Notes under the pieces: generated by a model
Databases searched by the model: none
What the model was told of the DNA's origin: nothing
The model's input: the letters and a program-made list of their open reading frames with translations, nothing else
From: Escherichia coli
GTDB taxonomy: Bacteria; Pseudomonadota; Gammaproteobacteria; Enterobacterales; Enterobacteriaceae
Direction: 5' to 3' (one strand)
Assembly (NCBI RefSeq): GCF_013315695.1
Contig: NZ_CP054353.1
Length of the DNA stretch: 64,000 nucleotides
Position numbers and translations under genes: made by a program
Shown: one piece after another, positions 33,883 through 45,284 of the stretch
Layout: the number at the start of each line of letters is the position of its first letter
Position numbering within the stretch: position 1 is the stretch's first letter

Positions 33883-34869
33883 ATGAAAATGAGGTCATTT
33901 ACCCGCTCATTAGTCTGCGCATCCTTGCTGGCTCTGGTTAGCACTGGCGTAAACGCCGCAGAAAAAGTGACGTTAAAGTTAGCACACAACCTGGAAAGAA
34001 GTCATGTTGTACATCAGAGTTTTGAAGAGCTGGCGAAAGAAGTAAAACAGCTGTCAAAAGGTAATATGGTGATCCGTATTTACCCCAGCAGCCAGATGGG
34101 TAATGCGCGAGAAACTATGGAGTTGTTGCAAAATGGTGCACTGGATATGACCAAAGGTTCCGCCAGTGATCTGGAGTCTTTTGATAATATTTATGCTATC
34201 TATAATTTGCCGTTCTTATTTAAAGATCAGGCGCACTTCAACAAAGTGGTTTTTGGTGAAGTTGGTAAAGAAATTATGGATTCAACAAAAGATAAAGGCT
34301 TTTTTGCTTTATCAGCTTATGTAGCGGGTACACGCAGTTTCTATGCGAAAAAACCGATTACTAAGCCAGAAGATCTTAAAGGGCTGAAAATTCGTGTTCA
34401 GCCAAGCCCGACCACCATCAAAATGATTGAACTGATGGGTGGCTCACCCACTCCAATTTCATTTGGCGAAGTTTATACTGCGATGCAGCAAGGTGTAGTA
34501 GATGGCGCAGAAAATAACGTGCCTTCCTGGGTGCAGACTCGACATATCGAAATTGCCAAAGTCTTTTCTGAAGATGAACATGCCTCAATTCCTGACTTTT
34601 TGGTTATCTCCACCAAAACATGGAATAAATTAACCCCAGAACAGCAACAAATCCTCGAAACAGCGGCGAAGAAATCCGAAGCTTATCAACAAAAATTGTG
34701 GGAAAAAATTGACGCTGACACACGTGCTCAGGCGAAAGCTATGGGTGGTGAAATCGTTAAGGTTGATAAAGCCCCATTCCGTGCCGCAGTTCAACCTCTG
34801 TTTGACGACTTCAAAAAAGATCCAAAACAAGCTGCTTTGTTAGAGAAATTCGACAACGCTGCTCAATAA
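33883..34869 (+). CDS. TRAP transporter substrate-binding protein (DctP family)
   Basis: 328 aa with signal peptide; DctP-type periplasmic binding protein by sequence character; preceded by a 280 bp AT-rich region. Confidence 0.75.
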   Translation: MKMRSFTRSLVCASLLALVSTGVNAAEKVTLKLAHNLERSHVVHQSFEELAKEVKQLSKGNMVIRIYPSSQMGNARETMELLQNGALDMTKGSASDLESFDNIYAIYNLPFLFKDQAHFNKVVFGEVGKEIMDSTKDKGFFALSAYVAGTRSFYAKKPITKPEDLKGLKIRVQPSPTTIKMIELMGGSPTPISFGEVYTAMQQGVVDGAENNVPSWVQTRHIEIAKVFSEDEHASIPDFLVISTKTWNKLTPEQQQILETAAKKSEAYQQKLWEKIDADTRAQAKAMGGEIVKVDKAPFRAAVQPLFDDFKKDPKQAALLEKFDNAAQ

Positions 34870-34904
34870 TATTTCGGGCCAGTCTCTGGCCCTGATTTTC
34901 CAGG

Positions 34905-35417
34905 ATGCTTACAATGATATTTAACCGCCTGAAACTTGCGGTAGACCGCGTCATTGCCGCGTTTTCTGTCGCCGTAATGCTTGCTCTGGTTGTATGCGTA
35001 GTCTGGCAAGTATTTAGCCGCTACATACTTAACCAGCCAAGTACATTAACCGATGAGCTGGCACGCTTTTTGATGATCTGGGTAGGATTATTAGGTGCTG
35101 CATATACCGTCGGCGCGCAGAGACATCTCTCTATCGATTTATTTGCTCTCGCCCTGAATAAGCGCAAGCAATTACTTCTTAGTATAGTCATTAACATTCT
35201 CATTTTAGGTTTTGCCGGTTCGGTCATTGTGACTGGTGGCCTGAAATTAATTGATAAAACGCTGGCAACATCACAAGTATCTGCCGCGATGCAAATACCG
35301 ATGGGATACGTATATATCATTCTGCCATTAAGTGGAGTGGTGATGATGTTTTATGCCTTGTGTTTTATTAATCAAAGCATTCAACAACTGAAACAACCTG
35401 CGCAGGAGGCCAGTTAA
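34905..35417 (+). CDS. TRAP transporter small permease (DctQ family)
   Basis: 170 aa, four predicted TM helices, between the DctP- and DctM-like genes. Confidence 0.7.
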   Translation: MLTMIFNRLKLAVDRVIAAFSVAVMLALVVCVVWQVFSRYILNQPSTLTDELARFLMIWVGLLGAAYTVGAQRHLSIDLFALALNKRKQLLLSIVINILILGFAGSVIVTGGLKLIDKTLATSQVSAAMQIPMGYVYIILPLSGVVMMFYALCFINQSIQQLKQPAQEAS

Positions 35418-36718
35418 TGGATAGTTATATCGCGCTTACACTATTTGGCTGTTTTTTTGTGCTGGTCTTTATTGGTGTGCCCATTTCGTTCTCAATCGGT
35501 ATTGCCACTGTAGCTTCAATGCTGTTGATGTTTCCCTGGGATATCGCGGCAATCACTGTTTCGCAACGACTGGCTAATGGACTGGATAACTTTGCCCTGT
35601 TGGCAATCCCCTTTTTCATCTTTGCCGGAACGCTGATGAACAGCGGCGGTATTGCGATACGTTTGATTAACCTCGCCCAGGTAATGGTTGGCCGCGTTCC
35701 TGGTTCGCTTGGTCATGTGAACGTCCTGGCGAATATGATGTTTGGTTCCATTTCTGGTTCAGCCGTTGCGGCAGCTGCTGCCGTTGGTGGCACACTGAAT
35801 CCCATTCAGACCAAAGAAGGTTATGATCCGGCATTTTCTACCGCTGTAAACGTCTCATCTTGTATTACTGGATTACTGATACCGCCCTCAAACGTGTTAA
35901 TTGTGTTTTCCCTGACAGCTGGCGGCGTTTCTGTAGCATCGCTATTTATGGCGGGATATTTGCCAGGGATCTTAATGGGTCTTGCGGTAATGATAGTCTG
36001 CGGCATTATTGCTAAACGCCGTGGCTACCCACTTTCAGAAAGAGCAACCTTTGCTCAGGCCTGTAAAGCGTTTCTGGATGCCTTACCAAGTTTGCTTCTG
36101 GTGTTCATTGTAATGGGCGGCATTCTGGGCGGCATTTTTACCGCAACTGAAGCGTCAGCAATTGCCGTTGTCTACACATTTATTCTCTCGGTGCTGATTT
36201 ACCGGGAAGTAAAATGGCGCGATTTACCCAAACTGATTCTGGAATCGGTTGTTACCACTTCGATTGTATTACTGTTGATCGGTTTTTCCGTGGGCATGTC
36301 CTGGGCAATGACCAATGCTGATATTCCTTATATGATCAGCGACGCGTTGATGGGGATTTCTGATAACCCACTGATCATATTGCTGCTGATTAATATCGTC
36401 TTATTAATTGTCGGCATCTTTATGGACATGACACCGGCTGTACTAATCTTCACACCAATCTTCTTGCCGATTGTACAAGAGCTGGGAATGGATCCGGTAC
36501 ATTTCGGTATTATGATGGTGGCTAACCTTTGTATTGGGCTGTTAACACCGCCGGTGGGTAGTGCGCTATTTGTTGGTTGTTCTATTTCAGGTGTGAAGAT
36601 TCAACATTTGATCAAACCATTGCTGCCATTTTATGCCGTATTGTTAATCGCGTTGATGATGATCACTTACATCCCGCAAATATCCTTGTTCATTCCACAG
36701 CTACTAGGGCTAATGTAA
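35417..36718 (+). CDS. TRAP transporter large permease (DctM family)
   Basis: 433 aa polytopic membrane protein; start overlaps the dctQ-like stop. Confidence 0.8.
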   Translation: MDSYIALTLFGCFFVLVFIGVPISFSIGIATVASMLLMFPWDIAAITVSQRLANGLDNFALLAIPFFIFAGTLMNSGGIAIRLINLAQVMVGRVPGSLGHVNVLANMMFGSISGSAVAAAAAVGGTLNPIQTKEGYDPAFSTAVNVSSCITGLLIPPSNVLIVFSLTAGGVSVASLFMAGYLPGILMGLAVMIVCGIIAKRRGYPLSERATFAQACKAFLDALPSLLLVFIVMGGILGGIFTATEASAIAVVYTFILSVLIYREVKWRDLPKLILESVVTTSIVLLLIGFSVGMSWAMTNADIPYMISDALMGISDNPLIILLLINIVLLIVGIFMDMTPAVLIFTPIFLPIVQELGMDPVHFGIMMVANLCIGLLTPPVGSALFVGCSISGVKIQHLIKPLLPFYAVLLIALMMITYIPQISLFIPQLLGLM

Positions 36719-36725
36719 AAAATAA

Positions 36726-36760
36726 TTTGCCGGATAACTTTTTATATTATCCGGCAAAGG
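36726..36760. terminator. Bidirectional terminator between the TRAP operon and yggM
   Basis: TTTGCCGGATAA...TTATCCGGCAAA inverted repeat with T-rich loop. Confidence 0.6.
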
Positions 36761-36773
36761 TACTTAACATGAG

Positions 36774-37781
36774 TTACTTAATCACTCCATTGCGCCGCAG
36801 TTGTTCGGTATCTTTTTTCCAGCGTTCATTAGCCTGGTTGATATCATCAATTTTCATCAAAATAGCGACTTTTTTACTGTTTATTTCTGAAACTTTCATC
36901 GTTAACGGATATTGCCCTTTTTCGAGCGTTATCCAGTCATCCTGCAATTTACGGCTAAGTTTTTGTGATTGCAGAAAAGTCTGTCGCCGTTGTTCGTTGA
37001 TATCGAAATCTCGCTTCTGCTGAATCGGCACTTCATAACACTCTGCACTCTGTTTATGACATGCCGCAATCGCCGGTTGATAAACCTCTTTGTCATATTT
37101 AACCGCGAAAGCCTCGCTATCGTTCTGTTTATTAAACTCATCACGCTGTTGGTGAATTTTTTTAAAGGCGTCTTCGCGGGTCATTTGCTTACCGTTTGCA
37201 TCTTTTCCCCAATATGCATCCGCTGCTTTCTGCGCCGCCACCATTTGCTTATCAAGCGCTTTCACTTCCTTTTCCAGCGCAGGAATCGAGTTCTTCTGGT
37301 TATTCAACGCAGACTCAAGCTGACTAAAGCGATAATTGAAATCTTCGCTATTCACGATCAGATATTTATTATTCGTTTTGATATCGTCGACTACCCGCCC
37401 ACGATCGCTGGCTGCCGCCTGAAAAGAGTAAAAGTTCACCGACCAGCCAGACGCGGGCGTTCCTTTACTGGTTAACATCGCCGAGAATTTTACCGGTTTA
37501 TCTTTCGTCCAGGTCTGTTCGAGCAGTTCGTAATCTGCCAACTGACCGACCCAGGTATAGAGATCGTCACTGGAAGAGACATCGCCTTCCGCTGACCAGG
37601 TGGCCTGATTACCCTTAGCATCAAGATTTTTTAAGCTGATAGCATCAAGCTTGAGAATGCCGTGATACTGCTTTTTGAATTGATCTTTTAAGATATTTTC
37701 AGTTGGCGGTTCGCCATCTGCCCAGACATTACCAGTCATCAACATAAGCAGCGCCGTGCCAACAATCCATTGCTTTTTCAC
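36774..37781 (-). CDS. yggM: DUF1202-family periplasmic protein YggM
   Basis: 335 aa with signal peptide; located upstream of ansB as in E. coli. Confidence 0.75.
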   Translation of the reverse strand: MKKQWIVGTALLMLMTGNVWADGEPPTENILKDQFKKQYHGILKLDAISLKNLDAKGNQATWSAEGDVSSSDDLYTWVGQLADYELLEQTWTKDKPVKFSAMLTSKGTPASGWSVNFYSFQAAASDRGRVVDDIKTNNKYLIVNSEDFNYRFSQLESALNNQKNSIPALEKEVKALDKQMVAAQKAADAYWGKDANGKQMTREDAFKKIHQQRDEFNKQNDSEAFAVKYDKEVYQPAIAACHKQSAECYEVPIQQKRDFDINEQRRQTFLQSQKLSRKLQDDWITLEKGQYPLTMKVSEINSKKVAILMKIDDINQANERWKKDTEQLRRNGVIK

Positions 37782-37864
37782 CCGAAAACCCTCTCGCGGA
37801 ATAATTTATTCCAGTGATTATCATCAGGGTAATGAAAATTGGCAATGGACGTAAGTCTGAAGTG

Positions 37865-37893
37865 AAAAAGCCCCGGCACGTTACCGGGGCGAG
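37865..37893 (-). terminator. Rho-independent terminator downstream of ansB
   Basis: GCCCCGG-CACGTTAC-CGGGGC hairpin with T-run on the minus strand. Confidence 0.7.
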
Positions 37894-37897
37894 GTGA

Positions 37898-38944
37898 TTA
37901 GTACTGATTGAAGATCTGCTGGATCTGCTGCGGATCTTTGGTTTGCGTCAGAGCAAGCTGCAGCAGAACGCGCGCTTTTTGCGGGTTCAGCGTGCCAGAG
38001 GCGACGAAGCCGTATTTCGCATCATCCACTTCAGCATCCTGAGTGGTAGCGCCCGTCGGTACGCGGGAAGAACGCACGACTGCAGTGCCGTTTTTCGCGG
38101 CGGTCGCCAGAGTGTCAAATACGGTTTTATACAGGTTGCCGTTACCCACACCAGCGCTAACAATGCCATCATAGCCCGCATCTACCAGTGCTTTAGCCGG
38201 AAGATCGGATGCGTTAGCGTAGTTATAAACGATGCCGACTTTCGGCAGCTCATTCAGCTTAGAGACATCGAATGGCGTATCGCTGGTGTGCTTACGTGCC
38301 GGGGTACGTTGGTAGTCAATCTTACCGTTGTGAATGTATCCCAGAGGACCGTAGTTAACAGACTTGAAGGTCGCTACGTCGGTGGTGTTGGTTTTGGTGA
38401 CATCGCGACCGTCCAGTACGGTGTCGTTCATCACCACCAGCACGCCACGATTAGCGGAGGCTTTATCAGCTGCGGTCACTACCGCGTTATACAGGTTGAA
38501 TGGACCGTCTGCGCTCATGGACGTGGACGGGCGCATTGCGCCGACCATCACCACCGGTTTGTCGCATTTCACCGTCAGGTCGAGGAAGTAAGCGGTTTCT
38601 TCCATCGTGTCGGTACCGTGAGTAATGACGAAGCCGTCGGTTTTATCGCAGTCGGTGTTAATTTTTTTCGCCAGTGTCAGCCAGACATTATCGTTCATGT
38701 CCTGGGAGCCGATATTCACTACCTGCTCGCCTTTTACGTTCGCAATGTCCTTCAGTTGCGGCACCGCATTAACCAGATTTTCTACGCCAACTTTACCCGC
38801 TGTGTAGTTAGATTTGGTTGCGGAGTCACCACCACCGGCAATGGTCCCGCCGGTTGCTAAAATGGTGATATTGGGTAATGCCAATGCTGCACCACTAAAA
38901 CCCATAACCAGTGCGGCAAGTGCCGTCTTTTTGAAAAACTCCAT
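37898..38944 (-). CDS. ansB: Periplasmic L-asparaginase II
   Basis: 348 aa; signal peptide then TGGTIAG asparaginase signature. Confidence 0.95.
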   Translation of the reverse strand: MEFFKKTALAALVMGFSGAALALPNITILATGGTIAGGGDSATKSNYTAGKVGVENLVNAVPQLKDIANVKGEQVVNIGSQDMNDNVWLTLAKKINTDCDKTDGFVITHGTDTMEETAYFLDLTVKCDKPVVMVGAMRPSTSMSADGPFNLYNAVVTAADKASANRGVLVVMNDTVLDGRDVTKTNTTDVATFKSVNYGPLGYIHNGKIDYQRTPARKHTSDTPFDVSKLNELPKVGIVYNYANASDLPAKALVDAGYDGIVSAGVGNGNLYKTVFDTLATAAKNGTAVVRSSRVPTGATTQDAEVDDAKYGFVASGTLNPQKARVLLQLALTQTKDPQQIQQIFNQY

Positions 38945-39119
38945 TTCATTCCTCCAGTTACGTGAACGCTACGCATTATCCCTTAGCTTTGTATGGGAAA
39001 TTTGACGTTAAACAATTTACAACGTGAATATATTTTGGAGATCTACAAAGTTAGAGGCAGGTAACAAAACGAAGAATTAAACGGCATAAAAAAGTATTAT
39101 GCCGTCTTAAAATAGAGGA

Positions 39120-39839
39120 TTATTTTAAATTCCCGACCAGGGCTTTGCGGCTATCTTCCAGAGTCACAACGCGGCTACAAACATCTTTGCCAAACTGCTG
39201 GAAATCTTTTTCCTGCTTTTTCCATTCGGTTTGGATTGAGGATTGCAGACCGCCCAGGCTTCCCAGCACATTCTGTAATGGGTTACCGCCGCTTTTCAGC
39301 ACCGCTTTCGCGCCCATTTCATTAATGCTGTCCTGTAAAATTCCGCCCATTGCCTGATTCACTAATTGCTGGCCTTCGGCGCGAACCTGATCAATGGCTT
39401 TATAGTGAAACGTCAGGCCATCGCTGCGCGTTTCGATAATGCGGTTCATCTGCTCTTTCAGCTGCGCATCAAGTTTGGTCAGACGGCTGCGCATTTTGCT
39501 GCTTTCGCCCATCTCCTGAACGATAATTTTATCCAGCGCAATACGGGCTTTCTCGACGCGGCTTTTCGCGCCTTCATCAATCCACGGCAGCGTGTTACGT
39601 AGTTCAGCCTGATAATCCTTCGCCTGCTCGCGCTGGGCGGCATTCAGGGAATATTGCTTACCGTTATACATCACGTTGCCGTCTGGCGTGATCACCAGAT
39701 TGCCGTTTTCGCCCTTCACCTGCACGGTTTGCGGGCTGACAATCACATCGTCACGCGGCGTGACGCTGCACTGGTAGTCGGCGTGAGCGGTCATTGCCGT
39801 CACTGAAAGTGCTGCCGCCAGCAGCATTTTGCGCATCAT
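39120..39839 (-). CDS. yggN: DUF2884-family periplasmic protein YggN
   Basis: 239 aa with signal peptide. Confidence 0.75.
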   Translation of the reverse strand: MMRKMLLAAALSVTAMTAHADYQCSVTPRDDVIVSPQTVQVKGENGNLVITPDGNVMYNGKQYSLNAAQREQAKDYQAELRNTLPWIDEGAKSRVEKARIALDKIIVQEMGESSKMRSRLTKLDAQLKEQMNRIIETRSDGLTFHYKAIDQVRAEGQQLVNQAMGGILQDSINEMGAKAVLKSGGNPLQNVLGSLGGLQSSIQTEWKKQEKDFQQFGKDVCSRVVTLEDSRKALVGNLK

Positions 39840-39919
39840 AGTCTTCCCTCAAGAACAAATCAGGCCAGCATTTGCTGGCCCCAGATTGATAACAAACTGG
39901 CTTAAAAGTCAAAAGGGGC

Positions 39920-40035
39920 ACGGTTTTCCCCCTCGCCCTTTTAGGGAGAGGGTCGGGGTGAGGGTAAATAATCGCGCCAGTGCTGGTCTGTTCCCCTCAC
40001 CCTAACCCTCTCCCCGGAGGGGCGAGGGGACTATC
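39920..40035. repeat. Extragenic repeat with nested inverted repeats
   Basis: GGGAGAGGGT / ACCCTCTCCC and GGGGTGAGGG / CCCTCACCC arms between yggN and yggL. Confidence 0.6.
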
Positions 40036-40075
40036 CGAGCGCTTTTTTTAACTTTGTCATCGCCCGTATGTTTTC

Positions 40076-40402
40076 TTAGTCCCACCAAACGTCGAAAAGT
40101 TCGCTGGTGCGTACCTCGCCCAGTTTGCGCTCTTCCAGCCACTTACGCACAATCGCCTGATGTTCTTCGGTGCATTTGCCGATTTCCTGCATGCAGATCA
40201 GACCTTCCCAGGCCAGATAACCGCTGCCGTCAAAGGCCAGTTTGTTCGGTTCGATAACCTCGTTAATAAAGTCATCAACGGTTTTATCAATCTGTTCTTC
40301 CGATGTACCTTCCGGGAATCGCCATGCCACCGAAAATCCTAATTCCTGGAATTCGTCGATGTGCATTTTTTTACGCAGACGACGGCTACGGTTCTTTGCC
40401 AT
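40076..40402 (-). CDS. yggL: DUF469-family protein YggL
   Basis: 108 aa from [16 protein letters not shown]... Confidence 0.8.
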   Translation of the reverse strand: MAKNRSRRLRKKMHIDEFQELGFSVAWRFPEGTSEEQIDKTVDDFINEVIEPNKLAFDGSGYLAWEGLICMQEIGKCTEEHQAIVRKWLEERKLGEVRTSELFDVWWD

Positions 40403-41121
40403 TATTTCACCCTCTCGAACATTAAGTCCCATACTCCGTGACCAAGACGATGACCACGTTGTTCAAATTTCGTCACCGGACGTGATGCCGGACGCGGTAC
40501 GTAATCATTGCTCTCTGACAGGTTTTTATAACCGTCAATAGAAGACATCACTTCAAGCATATGTTCCGCATAAGGTTCCCAGTCGGTCGCCATATGGAAT
40601 ACGCCCCCCAGTTGCAGTTTGCTTTTTACCAGTTCGGCAAACGGCACCTGAACGATACGGCGTTTATTATGGCGCGCTTTGTGCCACGGGTCAGGGAAAA
40701 AGAGCTGCACCATGCGCAATGAATTGTCAGGAATCATTTTATGCAGCACTTCAACCGCATCGTGACACATCACGCGCAGGTTGCTTAAGCCCTCTTCATG
40801 CGCAGAAGCCAGGCACGCACCAACGCCCGGTGAATGCACTTCAATGCCGAGGAAGTCCTGCTCGGGGCGATCTTTAGCCATTGCCACCAGCGACGCCCCC
40901 ATGCCGAAACCAATCTCAAGCGTCACCGGCGCTTCACGGCCAAAAAGCGCAGGGAAATCCAGCATATCTTCGCTGAACTCAACGCCCATCACCGGCCAGT
41001 AGTTTTCCAGCGCATGTTCCTGGCCTTTGGTCAGTCGCCCCTGGCGGCGCACAAAACTACGGATACGGCGCAGTGGGCGGCCGTTTTCATCAAATTCCGG
41101 TGAGATGACGTCGTTTTTCAT
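40402..41121 (-). CDS. trmB: tRNA (guanine46-N7)-methyltransferase
   Basis: 239 aa; SAM-binding motif EIGFGMG. Confidence 0.9.
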   Translation of the reverse strand: MKNDVISPEFDENGRPLRRIRSFVRRQGRLTKGQEHALENYWPVMGVEFSEDMLDFPALFGREAPVTLEIGFGMGASLVAMAKDRPEQDFLGIEVHSPGVGACLASAHEEGLSNLRVMCHDAVEVLHKMIPDNSLRMVQLFFPDPWHKARHNKRRIVQVPFAELVKSKLQLGGVFHMATDWEPYAEHMLEVMSSIDGYKNLSESNDYVPRPASRPVTKFEQRGHRLGHGVWDLMFERVK

Positions 41122-41281
41122 AAAGATTTAGTCGCTTGTGAAAGTGTTCTGAAAACGGGCATTATCCAAAGTTAGTTGCCGGATGCAAGCATGATAAGGC
41201 CGTGGCTGCGGAAAGTTCCGGTTTACACCCTGCCGTCGCTGTGCTGCAATCTTGCCCCCAACAACAGTGAATTCGGTGACC

Positions 41282-42334
41282 ATGCAAGCGTCGCAATTTT
41301 CAGCCCAGGTTCTGGACTGGTACGATAAATACGGGCGGAAAACGCTGCCCTGGCAAATTGACAAGACGCCCTACAAAGTATGGCTCTCAGAAGTGATGTT
41401 GCAACAAACTCAGGTTGCGACCGTTATCCCCTATTTTGAACGCTTTATGGCGCGCTTCCCAACGGTGACCGATCTCGCCAATGCGCCGCTCGACGAAGTT
41501 CTCCACTTGTGGACCGGGCTTGGCTATTACGCCCGCGCGCGCAATCTGCATAAAGCGGCACAGCAAGTGGCGACCTTACACGGCGGTAAATTCCCGGAAA
41601 CCTTTGAGGAAGTTGCAGCACTGCCGGGCGTCGGGCGTTCCACCGCAGGCGCGATTCTCTCGCTTTCTCTGGGTAAGCACTTTCCGATTCTCGACGGTAA
41701 CGTCAAACGCGTGCTGGCGCGCTGCTATGCTGTAAGCGGCTGGCCTGGGAAAAAAGAGGTCGAGAATAAACTGTGGAGTTTGAGCGAGCAGGTGACGCCC
41801 GCGGTTGGCGTGGAACGGTTTAATCAGGCGATGATGGATTTGGGCGCGATGATTTGTACGCGCTCTAAGCCGAAATGTTCGCTCTGTCCGCTACAAAACG
41901 GATGTATTGCCGCCGCCAACAATAGCTGGTCGCTTTATCCGGGCAAAAAACCGAAACAGACGCTGCCAGAGCGCACCGGCTACTTTTTGCTGTTACAGCA
42001 CGAAGATGAAGTATTGCTGGCGCAGCGTCCGCCGAGCGGATTGTGGGGCGGTTTATACTGTTTCCCGCAGTTTGCCGATGAAGAAAGTTTGCGGCAGTGG
42101 CTGGCGCAACGACAGATTTCTGCCGATAACCTGACGCAGCTGACCGCGTTTCGGCATACCTTCAGCCATTTCCACTTAGATATTGTGCCTATGTGGCTTC
42201 CCGTGTCGTCATTCACCGGCTGCATGGATGAAGGCAATGCGCTCTGGTATAACTTAGCGCAACCGCCGTCAGTTGGCCTGGCGGCTCCCGTGGAGCGTTT
42301 GTTACAGCAGTTACGCACTGGCGCGCCGGTTTAG
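41282..42334 (+). CDS. mutY: Adenine DNA glycosylase
   Basis: 350 aa from [25 protein letters not shown]; 4Fe-4S Cys cluster (CxxxxxxCxxCxxxxxC). Confidence 0.95.
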   Translation: MQASQFSAQVLDWYDKYGRKTLPWQIDKTPYKVWLSEVMLQQTQVATVIPYFERFMARFPTVTDLANAPLDEVLHLWTGLGYYARARNLHKAAQQVATLHGGKFPETFEEVAALPGVGRSTAGAILSLSLGKHFPILDGNVKRVLARCYAVSGWPGKKEVENKLWSLSEQVTPAVGVERFNQAMMDLGAMICTRSKPKCSLCPLQNGCIAAANNSWSLYPGKKPKQTLPERTGYFLLLQHEDEVLLAQRPPSGLWGGLYCFPQFADEESLRQWLAQRQISADNLTQLTAFRHTFSHFHLDIVPMWLPVSSFTGCMDEGNALWYNLAQPPSVGLAAPVERLLQQLRTGAPV

Positions 42335-42358
42335 CGCGTGAGTCGATAAAGAGGATGA

Positions 42359-42637
<279 letters not shown>

Positions 42638-42674
42638 AAACAGTGCCGGAGGTCGCCTCCGGCAACTTGCATAA

Positions 42675-43781
<1,107 letters not shown>

Positions 43782-43982
43782 TTCCACTAACCGCCCCTGA
43801 CGATGCTCAGGGGCAAAAATGTTATCCACATCACAATTTCGTTTTGCAAATTGGGAATGTTTGCAATTATTTGCCACAGGTAACAAAAAACCAGTCCGGG
43901 AAGTTGATAGAATCCCATCATCTCGCACGGTCAAATGTGCTTTTTCAAACACTCATCCGCATCACGATGTGAGGAAATTAAC

Positions 43983-45239
43983 ATGAATCTTAAGCTGCAG
44001 CTGAAAATCCTCTCTTTTCTGCAGTTCTGTCTGTGGGGAAGTTGGCTGACGACCCTCGGCTCCTATATGTTTGTTACCCTGAAGTTTGACGGTGCTTCTA
44101 TTGGCGCAGTTTATAGTTCACTGGGTATCGCCGCGGTCTTTATGCCTGCGCTGCTGGGGATTGTGGCCGACAAATGGTTAAGTGCGAAATGGGTATATGC
44201 CATTTGCCACACCATTGGCGCTATCACGCTGTTCATGGCGGCACAGGTCACGACGCCGGAAGCGATGTTCCTTGTGATATTGATTAACTCGTTTGCTTAT
44301 ATGCCAACGCTTGGGTTAATCAACACCATCTCTTACTATCGCCTGCAAAATGCCGGGATGGATATCGTTACTGACTTCCCGCCAATCCGTATCTGGGGCA
44401 CCATCGGCTTTATCATGGCAATGTGGGTGGTGAGCCTGTCTGGCTTCGAATTAAGCCACATGCAGCTGTATATTGGCGCAGCACTTTCCGCCATTCTGGT
44501 TCTGTTTACCCTGACTCTGCCGCATATTCCGGTTGCTAAACAGCAAGCGAATCAGAGCTGGACAACCCTGCTGGGCCTCGATGCATTCGCGCTGTTTAAA
44601 AACAAGCGTATGGCAATCTTCTTCATCTTCTCAATGCTGCTTGGCGCGGAACTGCAGATTACCAACATGTTCGGTAACACCTTCCTGCACAGCTTCGACA
44701 AAGATCCGATGTTTGCCAGCAGCTTCATCGTGCAGCATGCGTCAATCATCATGTCAATTTCGCAGATCTCTGAAACCCTGTTCATTCTGACCATCCCGTT
44801 CTTCTTAAGCCGCTACGGTATTAAGAACGTAATGATGATCAGTATTGTGGCGTGGATCCTGCGTTTTGCGCTGTTTGCTTACGGCGACCCGACTCCGTTC
44901 GGTACCGTGCTGCTGGTACTGTCGATGATCGTTTACGGTTGCGCATTCGACTTCTTCAACATCTCTGGTTCGGTGTTTGTCGAAAAAGAAGTTAGCCCGG
45001 CAATTCGCGCCAGTGCGCAGGGGATGTTCCTGATGATGACTAACGGCTTCGGCTGTATCCTTGGCGGCATCGTGAGCGGTAAAGTTGTTGAGATGTACAC
45101 CCAAAACGGCATTACCGACTGGCAGACCGTATGGTTGATTTTCGCTGGTTACTCCGTGGTTCTGGCCTTCGCGTTCATGGCGATGTTCAAATATAAACAC
45201 GTTCGTGTCCCGACAGGTACACAGACGGTGAGCCACTAA
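43983..45239 (+). CDS. nupG: Nucleoside:H+ symporter
   Basis: 418 aa from MNLKLQLKILSFLQF... Confidence 0.92.
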   Translation: MNLKLQLKILSFLQFCLWGSWLTTLGSYMFVTLKFDGASIGAVYSSLGIAAVFMPALLGIVADKWLSAKWVYAICHTIGAITLFMAAQVTTPEAMFLVILINSFAYMPTLGLINTISYYRLQNAGMDIVTDFPPIRIWGTIGFIMAMWVVSLSGFELSHMQLYIGAALSAILVLFTLTLPHIPVAKQQANQSWTTLLGLDAFALFKNKRMAIFFIFSMLLGAELQITNMFGNTFLHSFDKDPMFASSFIVQHASIIMSISQISETLFILTIPFFLSRYGIKNVMMISIVAWILRFALFAYGDPTPFGTVLLVLSMIVYGCAFDFFNISGSVFVEKEVSPAIRASAQGMFLMMTNGFGCILGGIVSGKVVEMYTQNGITDWQTVWLIFAGYSVVLAFAFMAMFKYKHVRVPTGTQTVSH

Positions 45240-45247
45240 TTACGCAA

Positions 45248-45284
45248 AGAAAAACGGGTCGCCAGAAGGTGACCCGTTTTTTTC
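45248..45284. terminator. Bidirectional Rho-independent terminator between convergent nupG and speC
   Basis: AAACGGGTC-GCCAGAAGGT-GACCCGTTT hairpin flanked by A-run and T-run. Confidence 0.8.

Noticed and set aside
37943-38860. 305 aa plus-strand ORF
   Set aside because: Antisense within ansB; Arg/Val/His-rich spurious frame.
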